This document shows, piece after piece, positions 9,684 to 18,104 of a stretch of 54,551 nucleotides of DNA. Source of the stretch: Candidatus Limnocylindrales bacterium. GTDB taxonomy: Bacteria > Patescibacteriota > Microgenomatia > Levybacterales > UBA12049. The first letter of the stretch is position 1. Every line of letters starts with the position of its first letter. The position numbers were made by a program, and so were the translations under genes. The stretch covers positions 1-54,551 of the forward strand of contig DATLDE010000008.1 of the NCBI GenBank assembly GCA_035526025.1, written 5' to 3'. The notes under the pieces were generated by a model. It was given only the letters and a program-made list of their open reading frames with translations. It was not told the DNA's origin and searched no databases.

Positions 9684-10442
9684 ATGGGGACAAATGAGCA
9701 TCCTGGTAAAGGTCAGGGAGGTAGAGAAAATAATAGATTTTCAGAATCACCTACAAGTTTTGAGCTTGCTACAAATCCGCTTTTGGATGAATTCGCTGAG
9801 TTTTTGCGGGCTAAACCTAAGAATTTTAATGAAATTATTGAGCAAATTATTCATCAGGAAGCTCGTCCTCGAAATAGAGTTATTGAGCCTAATAAGGCGA
9901 GAGGAATTCTGGCGGAAGTATATACGCGTTACAGACTTATGGAATTTGCAAGGAATCGTGATATTGTGGTTGATCCAATTCCTCATTCTGCGGTAGTAGA
10001 TCACTTTATTTTCAAAAAAAGTATAGAGGGAGGGATGCGAGTACTTGATATAGATAAAATTGGTGAGCTAAAACCCGAATATCCTCAATTTGATGAATAT
10101 GATGCATTAATGGTTGCCAGTGGCTTACCGGTAGCTATAGAGGTAAAGTCGGGAACCAAAGGTAAAACAAATGGGTTTGCTTCTGCAACAAATTTGCGCA
10201 CTGTTAGTAGAAAACTAAAATACATAAAAAACTATTTCAAAACAGATAAATTTGGATACATGGCAGTTAGTTTGCCAGAAAGAGTAAATGATAGTAATAG
10301 TACAAATATAGACAAATTTAAAAAAAGAGGAGGTATTGTAGTCGCTCTTCCCATAACTTCGCCCGAATTAGATACATATGCAGGAAGATTATTATCGCAA
10401 AATGACCAATATCGCAAGTCAAAAAGTCAAATAATAAAGTGA
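9684..10442 (+). CDS. Hypothetical protein with PD-(D/E)xK nuclease-like motif
   Basis: EYDALMVASGLPVAIEVKSG resembles the D...ExK core of restriction-endonuclease-like folds; TATAAT at 9670-9675. Confidence 0.55.
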   Translation: MGTNEHPGKGQGGRENNRFSESPTSFELATNPLLDEFAEFLRAKPKNFNEIIEQIIHQEARPRNRVIEPNKARGILAEVYTRYRLMEFARNRDIVVDPIPHSAVVDHFIFKKSIEGGMRVLDIDKIGELKPEYPQFDEYDALMVASGLPVAIEVKSGTKGKTNGFASATNLRTVSRKLKYIKNYFKTDKFGYMAVSLPERVNDSNSTNIDKFKKRGGIVVALPITSPELDTYAGRLLSQNDQYRKSKSQIIK

Positions 10443-10507
10443 ATAAAATTTGACAAACCTCAAGACTCTAAGCAGAAATGTGCGCAAATTTTATCCTATA
10501 GTAGCTA

Positions 10508-10536
10508 TTGACAAATTTCAAATTATTGTTTATAAT
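10508..10536 (+). promoter_or_regulatory. Perfect-consensus sigma70 promoter of the T-box/proBAC transcript
   Basis: TTGACA (10508-10513), 17-nt spacer, TATAAT (10531-10536). Confidence 0.9.
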
Positions 10537-10550
10537 CTAATTAGTTTATA

Positions 10551-10793
10551 AAAGCGTTGAGTTTGGTTTCCCGCCAAACGAGCTGCATACGATGAGTATG
10601 ACGGAAGGACACCGTAAAAATAAATCCAAAGTGTGTCGGTAACGGAGCACTAAATAAGAAGTTTCTTTTTAGATGTTCTCCGCTGGTTGGCGGAGATTTT
10701 TGTATTAAGGGACTTAAAGCAAGGTGGTACCACGAGCGAATCCTCGTCCTTGCCTATCAGAATTGATCTGATGGGTGAAGACGAGGTTTTTTT
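10551..10793 (+). promoter_or_regulatory. T-box riboswitch leader (transcriptional), probable Pro (CCC) specifier
   Basis: T-box core AAGCAAGGTGGTACCACG (10717-10734). Antiterminator: AAGG 10721-24 / CCTT 10748-51, TGGTACC bulge, ACGAG 10732-36 / CTCGT 10743-47. Stem III TCTCCGC/GCGGAGA (10677-10696). K-turn-closed short Stem I at 10553-10584. Confidence 0.9.
10742..10793 (+). terminator. Intrinsic terminator (T-box attenuator)
   Basis: CCTCGTC (10742-48) pairs with GACGAGG (10780-86), followed by 7 T. It is mutually exclusive with the antiterminator. Confidence 0.88.
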
Positions 10794-11429
10794 ATGGCTA
10801 AAAATATGAAAAAAATAATTGTTATCAAAATAGGAAGCAGTGTGCTTATGACGAAACGCAATCAGCTTGACGAGTTTCGGATTGCTCATATTGCCAAACA
10901 GGTTAGTGCTTTGAAAGAAAAAGGCATAGGTATCGTATTGGTCATTTCTGGTGCCGTCGCATATGGATCAAATTTTATTGATTTATCCAAGAATCAAAAA
11001 CAAATCAGACAGGCTGCAGCGGGCATTGGGCAGGTGTATACAACCTGTACTTTTAACAATATATTTAATCAAAGCAAACTACAGCTGGCACAAATGTTAC
11101 TCACTAAAGATTCTTTTAACACGGATCTCAAGAGAAAAAAGATTAAGAAGCTTATCGAATTCTATGCGGAGTCCAATTTTATCACTTTTATAAATGAGAA
11201 TGATGTAATTGATCTGAACAGCTTTGGAGGTAATGATCATTTGGCTGCGGAAGTCACACGACTGCTGAATACAAAAAAACTGATAATTCTCTCGACGTGG
11301 GAGGGATCAATACATGGCGTGGGTGGTGGGCAGGCCAAGCAAGACGCCATAGCAATGCTTACAGAGAGCGATATAGAGGCGAGTATTGTTAACGGAAGAA
11401 CAAAAGATATTATTTTACAATCAATATGA
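10794..11429 (+). CDS. proB: Glutamate 5-kinase, truncated (no PUA domain, internal deletion)
   Basis: KIGSSVL, ISGAVAYG, AAAGIGQ, INEND and FGGND motifs; first gene after the T-box. The start may be ATG 10806. Confidence 0.85.
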   Translation: MAKNMKKIIVIKIGSSVLMTKRNQLDEFRIAHIAKQVSALKEKGIGIVLVISGAVAYGSNFIDLSKNQKQIRQAAAGIGQVYTTCTFNNIFNQSKLQLAQMLLTKDSFNTDLKRKKIKKLIEFYAESNFITFINENDVIDLNSFGGNDHLAAEVTRLLNTKKLIILSTWEGSIHGVGGGQAKQDAIAMLTESDIEASIVNGRTKDIILQSI

Positions 11430-12613
11430 AAAACCAAATTAATCTCAACCAAATAAAAGATGCTGCTCTTATACTTTCTCAAAAAAAAGAGAGTGATCAA
11501 AATATGTTTTTAAAAAATCTCGCGAATTCTTTAATGGACCACAAGGAGCTCATTTTTAAAGCGAACAGAAAAGATATTAGGAATGCAGAAAAAAATAATC
11601 TGTCCACTTCTATGATTCAGCGGTTGATTCTTGATGAAGATTTATTGAACGACTTAATTTTAAGACTTGGTAATTTGCAAAAATTGAAAAGTGTAACGGG
11701 TACGATTTTGGAAGAGAAGTTACTGAAAAATAAATTGATTTTAAAAAAAGTATCCGTGCCCTTGGGTGTAATCTTGGTGATTTACGAATCACGTCCTGAA
11801 GTCACGATTGATGTAGCTGCGTTATGTATTAAATCCGGAAATGCAGTGATTCTCAAAGGGGGATCTGAGGCCATCAATACAAATAGGGCGCTGCATCAAT
11901 GTGTTATTGAGGCACTGGATAAATCGAAATTATCAAAAAAGACTGTTACGTATATTGAAGTCCGCATCATGTTAAATAAATTATTAAATAGGAGTGATTA
12001 TATTGATCTGGTTATTGCGCGTGGTGGATATGGGATGGTGAAAAATGTTATGGAAAAATCAAGAATTCCTGTTTTGGCGCATTCCGCAGGAGGGGCAAGG
12101 ATCTATATAGATGAAAGCGCTGATTTATCAATTGTTGAGAAGATTATAATCAACTCAAAAACAAGTAAGCCTGCGGCGTGCAATTCACTGGACACGATCC
12201 TTATTCATCAGAAAATCGCCAAAAAAGTTTTACTTATTCTAAAAAAGACGTTAAAAAACAGTAAGGTAGGGATTGTGAACAACCAGTGGGAGCAGGAATT
12301 CCTTGATTTAAAGATTGGTATAAAAATTGTAAAAAACCTGGAGGAAGCGATCAAATTTATCAATATTTATAGTAAAAAACATTCTGAGGGCATAATTGCT
12401 CAGAACAAAGCAGTTATTAATAAGTTTAAAAATTCTATTGATATAGCGGCAGTATTCATAAATTGTTCGACACGATTTCATGATGGTTACGAATTTGGAA
12501 TGGGCGCTGAAATGGGTATTTCAACCGGAAAGCTTCATGCAAGAGGACCTGTCGGGTTAAAAGAATTAACAACGTACAAATGGGAGGTATATGGAAATGG
12601 ACAAATTAGATAA
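11426..12613 (+). CDS. proA: Gamma-glutamyl phosphate reductase
   Basis: VPLGVILVIYESRP, LKGGSEA, catalytic ACNSLDT, HSEGI and STRFHDG.EFG.GAEMGISTGKLHARGPVGL; ATGA overlap with proB. Confidence 0.96.
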   Translation: MKNQINLNQIKDAALILSQKKESDQNMFLKNLANSLMDHKELIFKANRKDIRNAEKNNLSTSMIQRLILDEDLLNDLILRLGNLQKLKSVTGTILEEKLLKNKLILKKVSVPLGVILVIYESRPEVTIDVAALCIKSGNAVILKGGSEAINTNRALHQCVIEALDKSKLSKKTVTYIEVRIMLNKLLNRSDYIDLVIARGGYGMVKNVMEKSRIPVLAHSAGGARIYIDESADLSIVEKIIINSKTSKPAACNSLDTILIHQKIAKKVLLILKKTLKNSKVGIVNNQWEQEFLDLKIGIKIVKNLEEAIKFINIYSKKHSEGIIAQNKAVINKFKNSIDIAAVFINCSTRFHDGYEFGMGAEMGISTGKLHARGPVGLKELTTYKWEVYGNGQIR

Positions 12614-13382
12614 AAAAATAGCAATAATCGGAGCCGGGCACATGGGAAAATCCTTGATGAAAGGATTAATTAATAGTGGATTTAAAAAGAATAATCTTTT
12701 TGTTTCAAATAAATCAAAAGATAATAAAAATGTTGTATTAAAAGCTGATTGGATCATACTCGCGGTTAAGCCTTCAATAATCTCAGAGGTGATCCAAGAA
12801 ATTAAAGATGGTGTTCAAAATAGATTGCTTATATCTGTTGCTGCAGCAGTAAGTATTTCAAATATTGAAAAATATGTAGGAAATAGAAATCAAAAGATAA
12901 TGAGAATTATGCCAAATATAGCAGTTGCTCATAATCAAGGTGTAATTGGTCTAATTGCAAACGAAAATGCTACCAGCACTGAAAAGCAGGAGGTAATTAG
13001 TCTATTCTCCGGATTAGGTTTAGTTGTTGATCTTAAAAAAGAGAAAGACTTGGATATGATTACTTTAATCTCTGCCTGTAGTCCTGCAATTATCGCTCAT
13101 TTTATGGAAATGTTTTCTGAGTACGGTACAACACATGGATTATCGGCAAAAGATTCAGAAAAGATTGTTCTGCAGGTGTTCAAAGGCACAGTTGAGTATC
13201 TTGAAAAATCAAATCTATCATCTTCTCAATTAAAGCAATCCGTAGCTACAAAAGGCGGAGTAACAGAAGAAATCATTAAAAGCTTGGATAACAAAAAAGT
13301 GTCTTTGAATTTTACGGAGAGTTTGGATAAGGGATATCAGAGAATAAATAAAGTTATTGAGGAGGTGAAAAAAAATGAGTAA
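12597..13382 (+). CDS. proC: Pyrroline-5-carboxylate reductase
   Basis: IAIIGAGHMG, ILAVKP, RIMPN and VATKGGVT motifs. GGAGGT at 12583-88 favours ATG 12597 over 12591. Confidence 0.93.
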   Translation: MDKLDKKIAIIGAGHMGKSLMKGLINSGFKKNNLFVSNKSKDNKNVVLKADWIILAVKPSIISEVIQEIKDGVQNRLLISVAAAVSISNIEKYVGNRNQKIMRIMPNIAVAHNQGVIGLIANENATSTEKQEVISLFSGLGLVVDLKKEKDLDMITLISACSPAIIAHFMEMFSEYGTTHGLSAKDSEKIVLQVFKGTVEYLEKSNLSSSQLKQSVATKGGVTEEIIKSLDNKKVSLNFTESLDKGYQRINKVIEEVKKNE

Positions 13383-13767
13383 AGAAGAACTTAGAACTGA
13401 AGTTGTACTGACCGGACGTGGGGTAAAAAAACTTTTAGAGCGGCGGGGTATAAGAAATGTTGAAAAGGATAAATCCGGTAAATATGTCGTGGCAACATTT
13501 ACAGGGGATGAGAGTTCTGCAGAGACTGGTTTTGGAAAACTGTCAATTGAATACAAACTTGTAAATAATACATCTCCAAATGGCAATAGGACAATTGTCA
13601 TATTTGGTGATTTGAGACAGAGGGGCCATAGAGATGTTCGTAAGGTTACTTTAAATCATGAGACAGGTGAAGGGTATCAGGAGTTTGGCAGTGGAATGTA
13701 CGTTGGGGTTAGGACCAATGCAGGAGCTGATATATTTGTTCGGGGGACAGAAAAGAGAATGGAATAA
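13375..13767 (+). CDS. Hypothetical protein translationally coupled to proC
   Basis: Overlaps the proC stop; SD GGAGGTGA (13361-68) lies 6 nt before the ATG. Confidence 0.7.
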   Translation: MSKEELRTEVVLTGRGVKKLLERRGIRNVEKDKSGKYVVATFTGDESSAETGFGKLSIEYKLVNNTSPNGNRTIVIFGDLRQRGHRDVRKVTLNHETGEGYQEFGSGMYVGVRTNAGADIFVRGTEKRME

Positions 13768-13809
13768 TAGTTACATAATTCAATATTTTAAGTTAATATT
13801 ATATAAACT

Positions 13810-14289
13810 ATGAACGATATTTATAAAGTGCTTGAGGAGCTAGGGATCATATATCAAAAATATGATCATCCTGCAGTTTTTACTGCTGAAGATGCGGATT
13901 TGCACTACTCAGGTATAGATGGGTTTAAAAGTAAAAATCTTTTTCTGAGGAATAAAAAAGGCGACAAGCACTTTCTTGTGATCGTAAAGAGTACAAAAAA
14001 GGTTGATTTAAAAAGATTGGAAGGTTTGCTGGAAGCTGACAAGCTTAGCTTCGGATCACCTGAGCGGATGATGAAATATCTCGGACTTACACCGGGATCC
14101 GTTTCGCCATTTGGTTTGATCAATGATTCCGAAAAAGTTGTCAACGTAGTAGTTGATAAAGACTTATTGGAATATAAGAAAGTTGCATTCCATCCAAATG
14201 TAAATACTGCCACACTAGTTATAGATACTGAAAATTTTAAGAAGTATTTAGAGTGGACAAAAAATAAAGTAACTTATTTAGATCTGTAA
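13810..14289 (+). CDS. YbaK/ProX-family prolyl-tRNA editing protein
   Basis: HPAVFT, KNLFLRNKKG, LSFGSPE and LTPGSVSPFGL...FHPNVNTAT motifs typical of ProXp-ala/PrdX; adjacent to proS. Confidence 0.9.
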   Translation: MNDIYKVLEELGIIYQKYDHPAVFTAEDADLHYSGIDGFKSKNLFLRNKKGDKHFLVIVKSTKKVDLKRLEGLLEADKLSFGSPERMMKYLGLTPGSVSPFGLINDSEKVVNVVVDKDLLEYKKVAFHPNVNTATLVIDTENFKKYLEWTKNKVTYLDL

Positions 14290-14318
14290 TGTATCATATA
14301 CTAACTTATGATACATTA
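14287..14318. promoter_or_regulatory. Perfect 12-8-12 inverted repeat (operator or dif-like recombinase site)
   Basis: TAATGTATCATA (14287-98), TACTAACT, TATGATACATTA (14307-18). The repeat is seen directly; the function is inferred. Confidence 0.5.
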
Positions 14319-14369
14319 GGAAAATGAATTGTTATAGCAGAGGCTGAATGTTATACTAACTATGTTGAT

Positions 14370-16052
14370 ATGAAATATTCAAAATTATTTGGAAAAACAA
14401 TTAAAGATATGCCAAAGGATGCGACACTTGCGTCTCACAAACTGCTTTATCAGGGTGGATTTATACGTGAGAGTACCGCAGGCAGGTATTATTTTCTTCC
14501 TCTCGGACAAAAAGTCCAGCAGAAAATTATCAAAATAGTTAAAGAAGAAATGGATAGAGCAGATGCGCAGGAGATTGTTGCGCCAATTCTTCACCCTCTT
14601 TATCTTTGGCAGGAAACAAATCGTGATAAAGCGGATTTTGGCCTACTTAAGATAAGAGATAGGCGAGACATGGATTTTGTTTTGGGGGGGACAGCTGAAG
14701 AGATGATGGTAGATTTGGTTCGTAAGTTTCAGATAAGCTACAAAGATCTGCCATTTCAGGTTTATCAATTTGCATCAAAATTCAGGGATGAGCTTCGCGC
14801 CCGAGGAGGACTTCTCAGAGTACGAGAGTTCATCATGAAAGATGGATATTCATTCCACGCTGATGAAGAAGATTTTAAAAAAGAATACAAAAAAATGGCA
14901 AATACCTATTCAAAAATATTTGAAAGAGTAGGAATCGACACTTTTATGGTGGCGGCTGACAATGGGGATATCGGTGGAGAATATGCTCATGAGTTTCAGG
15001 TTAAATCAGATGCCGGAGAAGACACAATTTTCTACGTACCTTCAAAAAAATTATATTTTAATAAAGAAATTGCCCCAACAAAAGCATTGCCTTTTGATCA
15101 GAAGAATGAAGAGCAAAAAACGATGGAAGAGGTTGAAGGAAAAGGAATAATAGGAGTTGAAGCACTCGCCAAATTTCTAAACATTCCTGTGGAGGCAACA
15201 ACGAAGACAATTCTATTTGAAACGGAAAAAGGGCAAATAATTGCAGCTGCGCTTCGTGGAGAATTTGATATAGATGAAACAAAGCTTAAAAGAATTATAA
15301 AGTGTCAAAGCCTTACGCTTATAGCTCCTGAAAAAATTAAAGAACTGACAGGGGCCGAAGTGGGATATGCAGGAATTATCAATCTTCCAAAAGAAGTGAA
15401 AATATTTATGGATGATTCCATGGAAGGTAGAGTTAATTTTGAAATGGGCGCCAACAGAACCAATTTTCATTCTATAAATATAAATTTTGGTCGTGATTTG
15501 CCACTTCCTGAAAAGTTCTATGATTTTAAAGAAACGCGTGTTGGGGACTTATATCCGGAAACTGGAGAGCCATATGAAACGTTCAGAGGGATAGAAGTTG
15601 GAAATATCTTTCAGCTTGGATATCACTATTCTAAAAAAATGGACAAAGCGACTTTTATGGATAAAGACGGAAAAGAAACGCCTTATTACATGGGTTGTTA
15701 TGGAATTGGAATAGGTAGAACTCTTGGAGCGATAGTTGAATCAAGTCATGATGAAAGAGGAATTATCTGGCCTAAGTCTGTTTCGCCTTATGATGTCCAT
15801 CTTATTTCAATCAAAAGCAATGACAAAGCAGAGGAAATTTATAACAAATTGCAAGATGCTGGGGTAGAAGTGCTTTACGATGATAGGGAAGACATATCGG
15901 CTGGAAATCAATTCGCAGATGCTGATCTGATCGGAATTCCAGTTCGGCTAGTGGTAAGTGCCAAATCAGGAGATAAGATCGAGTGGAAAGAGAGAGCGAG
16001 TAAAGAAGCAAAGCTGTTAAGTTTTGATGAAGTCTTGAAGTTTTTAAAGTAA
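14370..16052 (+). CDS. proS: Proline--tRNA ligase (bacterial type with INS editing domain)
   Basis: FRDELRARGGLLRVREFIMKDGYSF, GIEVGNIFQLG and MGCYGIGIGR motifs, YbaK-like insertion and anticodon-binding C-terminal domain. Confidence 0.98.
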   Translation: MKYSKLFGKTIKDMPKDATLASHKLLYQGGFIRESTAGRYYFLPLGQKVQQKIIKIVKEEMDRADAQEIVAPILHPLYLWQETNRDKADFGLLKIRDRRDMDFVLGGTAEEMMVDLVRKFQISYKDLPFQVYQFASKFRDELRARGGLLRVREFIMKDGYSFHADEEDFKKEYKKMANTYSKIFERVGIDTFMVAADNGDIGGEYAHEFQVKSDAGEDTIFYVPSKKLYFNKEIAPTKALPFDQKNEEQKTMEEVEGKGIIGVEALAKFLNIPVEATTKTILFETEKGQIIAAALRGEFDIDETKLKRIIKCQSLTLIAPEKIKELTGAEVGYAGIINLPKEVKIFMDDSMEGRVNFEMGANRTNFHSININFGRDLPLPEKFYDFKETRVGDLYPETGEPYETFRGIEVGNIFQLGYHYSKKMDKATFMDKDGKETPYYMGCYGIGIGRTLGAIVESSHDERGIIWPKSVSPYDVHLISIKSNDKAEEIYNKLQDAGVEVLYDDREDISAGNQFADADLIGIPVRLVVSAKSGDKIEWKERASKEAKLLSFDEVLKFLK

Positions 16053-16083
16053 AAATATAAACTTAGGTTCGAGCTTGTAATCT

Positions 16084-16329
16084 TTAATTATTTTTCTTCT
16101 TCTTATGCTTTTTTCTGTGTTCCTCTCTCTGTCTTTCTAATCTAGCTGCAGCTGTTTCTCTTGTTGGAGATTTATCTTTTCTCGCAGCATCCCTCATCCT
16201 TTGCTCCTTTGACTTCTTTTTTTCCGCAGCAAAGACAATCATAGTAAGTGGTAAGCTAATCGCTAAATCAAAATAGCTTATTCGTCTTCGATCTGCACTG
16301 GGATTTGGTCTTTCAATTTCTCTTCGCAT
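16084..16329 (-). CDS. Small basic hypothetical protein with one hydrophobic segment
   Basis: ORF MRREIERPN...KKHKKKKNN convergent with proS; ATG 16329 is preferred. Confidence 0.45.
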   Translation of the reverse strand: MRREIERPNPSADRRRISYFDLAISLPLTMIVFAAEKKKSKEQRMRDAARKDKSPTRETAAARLERQREEHRKKHKKKKNN

Positions 16330-16396
16330 AATTTCAAAATAATTTAATCTCAAAAATAGAATTAGTTTTAATACCGGGATATAGAAGATCAATAAA

Positions 16397-16615
16397 TCAA
16401 GATTTTCTGAGTCCTGGCCGTCTCAGTGGAGGAGGGGCATCTCCAGCAGGTCTTCCGCTCTTTAGTCTTTTTCTAAAAGCTTCTGTAAGTTTGATTGTAT
16501 TTTCTGATGGGGGATGTCCATCAAATCTTTCACTTCCCGCGTCTCTATTTGCCCACCTATTTGGCGGATTATTTATTCTGAAATCATGTCCATCGTGTCC
16601 ATGTCTATCTTTCAT
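16397..16615 (-). CDS. Small hypothetical protein (Arg/Pro-rich)
   Basis: Extended -10 TGCTATAAT (16632-16624, minus) lies 8 nt before ATG 16615. Confidence 0.5.
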   Translation of the reverse strand: MKDRHGHDGHDFRINNPPNRWANRDAGSERFDGHPPSENTIKLTEAFRKRLKSGRPAGDAPPPLRRPGLRKS

Positions 16616-16670
16616 AAGGTACAATTATAGCACGAAATTGAGGCTGATACAAGGCTCTGGAGCTACTTTT

Positions 16671-17108
16671 TTAAAAAGGGAGGCTGATGTTAAAAATCTT
16701 CATCCAGAAAAAAACATAGATTACAAAGAATACTGCAGCGCCTAAATAATACAATACTTTGATCAGGCCTGAATGTCCATGAGGCTGGGAAATTATGCCT
16801 GAAGCATTACCTGCGGGAAGAGGTTGATTAATAGTTACTGTTTGGGGTTGTTCAGATGGTGCTGAATTTTCAAGAACTGAAGATGTCATTGTTGAGCTAA
16901 GTCCATCAGGGGTAGGCTGAGTGGCTGGTATGTTTTCAGCAGGTGGAGTAGTTACAGTCTGCGTTACACCAGGTTCACCAGTTGATGGAGTAGTGGTGGC
17001 ATCAGGAGCAGGAGGCGGTGTGCCAGCTGCTGGGGTTGTTGCACCCATTACTCTTTCATAAGTTTCCCGTAACTTGGGATCAAGGTTGGACAGTGAAGCA
17101 GGATCCAT
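16671..17108 (-). CDS. Pro/Thr-rich protein with C-terminal transmembrane anchor
   Basis: MDP..L..LDPKLRETYERVMG N-terminus, low-complexity linker and C-terminal hydrophobic helix. Confidence 0.8.
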   Translation of the reverse strand: MDPASLSNLDPKLRETYERVMGATTPAAGTPPPAPDATTTPSTGEPGVTQTVTTPPAENIPATQPTPDGLSSTMTSSVLENSAPSEQPQTVTINQPLPAGNASGIISQPHGHSGLIKVLYYLGAAVFFVIYVFFWMKIFNISLPF

Positions 17109-17209
17109 ACTATATTTATCATCGATTATTTACACGATTTTGTCAAGAGCAGCAAACATTTCAGTGCCTGAACTTTAAATAGTAAGTCATTGTTGGTATA
17201 CTAGGAAAG

Positions 17210-18103
17210 ATGAAAATAATTGTCACACACATGTCACCTGATTGGGATGCGATTGGATCTGTTTGGCTAATTAGAAAGTTTCTACCCGGGTGGGAAAACG
17301 CAAGCGTGCAATTTGTCCCGGCAGGTGAAAGAGTCGGCAAGGCGAAAGAGAATCAAACGGATCCTATTGAAAAAATGGGAGAGGATGAAGTAATTCATGT
17401 TGATACAGGCTTGACTCCTCTTGATCATCATCAAACACAGGACACCAATGTCTCAGCGGCATCCCGCACCTGGGATTATGTACTTTCAGAAGTTAAAAAA
17501 TCGGGCAATACGCTTACTGGTGAGCATATAGAAGCTGTTTCGAGAATTGTTAAGTATATTGTGGCTACAGATCATTTCAAAGAAGTATTTTGGAAAGATG
17601 CAGCTGCAGATTATCATGAGTTTTCTTTTTTAGGTCTTTTGGAAGGCTATAAGCTTTTAAAACAAGGACAGGATATGGATTACGTGAATTATGGATTTGT
17701 GTGTCTTGATGCTGTTACTCATACCTTTGAAAATAGAATCTGGGCAGAAAAAGAAATAAGAGAAAAAGGAGTTGAATTCCAAACTAAATATGGAAAAGCA
17801 ATGGGATTTGAGACGCTCAATGATACTGTTTTGAAACTTGCTCAAAAAATGGGTTATGTCTTGGTAGTCCGGAAAGATCCGAGAAAAGGTTATGTCCGTA
17901 TAAAAACAATTCCCGCAACTGATGAGAAGAAAGGAATTGATTTGACACTTGCTTACGAGCAATTGAGCAAAATCGATCCGGATGCTACATGGTTCCTCCA
18001 TGTTTCAAAAAAAATGCTTCTGAATGGCACTCCCAAAAATCCCAAAATGCGCCCAACAAAGTTAAAATTGGGTGATATAATTAAGGTACTCGAGAAGCTC
18101 TAG
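17210..18103 (+). CDS. DHH/MYG1-like phosphoesterase
   Basis: THMSPDWDA, VDTG and DHHQ metal-binding motifs; TGGTATACT lies 7 nt before the ATG. Confidence 0.65.
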   Translation: MKIIVTHMSPDWDAIGSVWLIRKFLPGWENASVQFVPAGERVGKAKENQTDPIEKMGEDEVIHVDTGLTPLDHHQTQDTNVSAASRTWDYVLSEVKKSGNTLTGEHIEAVSRIVKYIVATDHFKEVFWKDAAADYHEFSFLGLLEGYKLLKQGQDMDYVNYGFVCLDAVTHTFENRIWAEKEIREKGVEFQTKYGKAMGFETLNDTVLKLAQKMGYVLVVRKDPRKGYVRIKTIPATDEKKGIDLTLAYEQLSKIDPDATWFLHVSKKMLLNGTPKNPKMRPTKLKLGDIIKVLEKL

Positions 18104-18104
18104 T

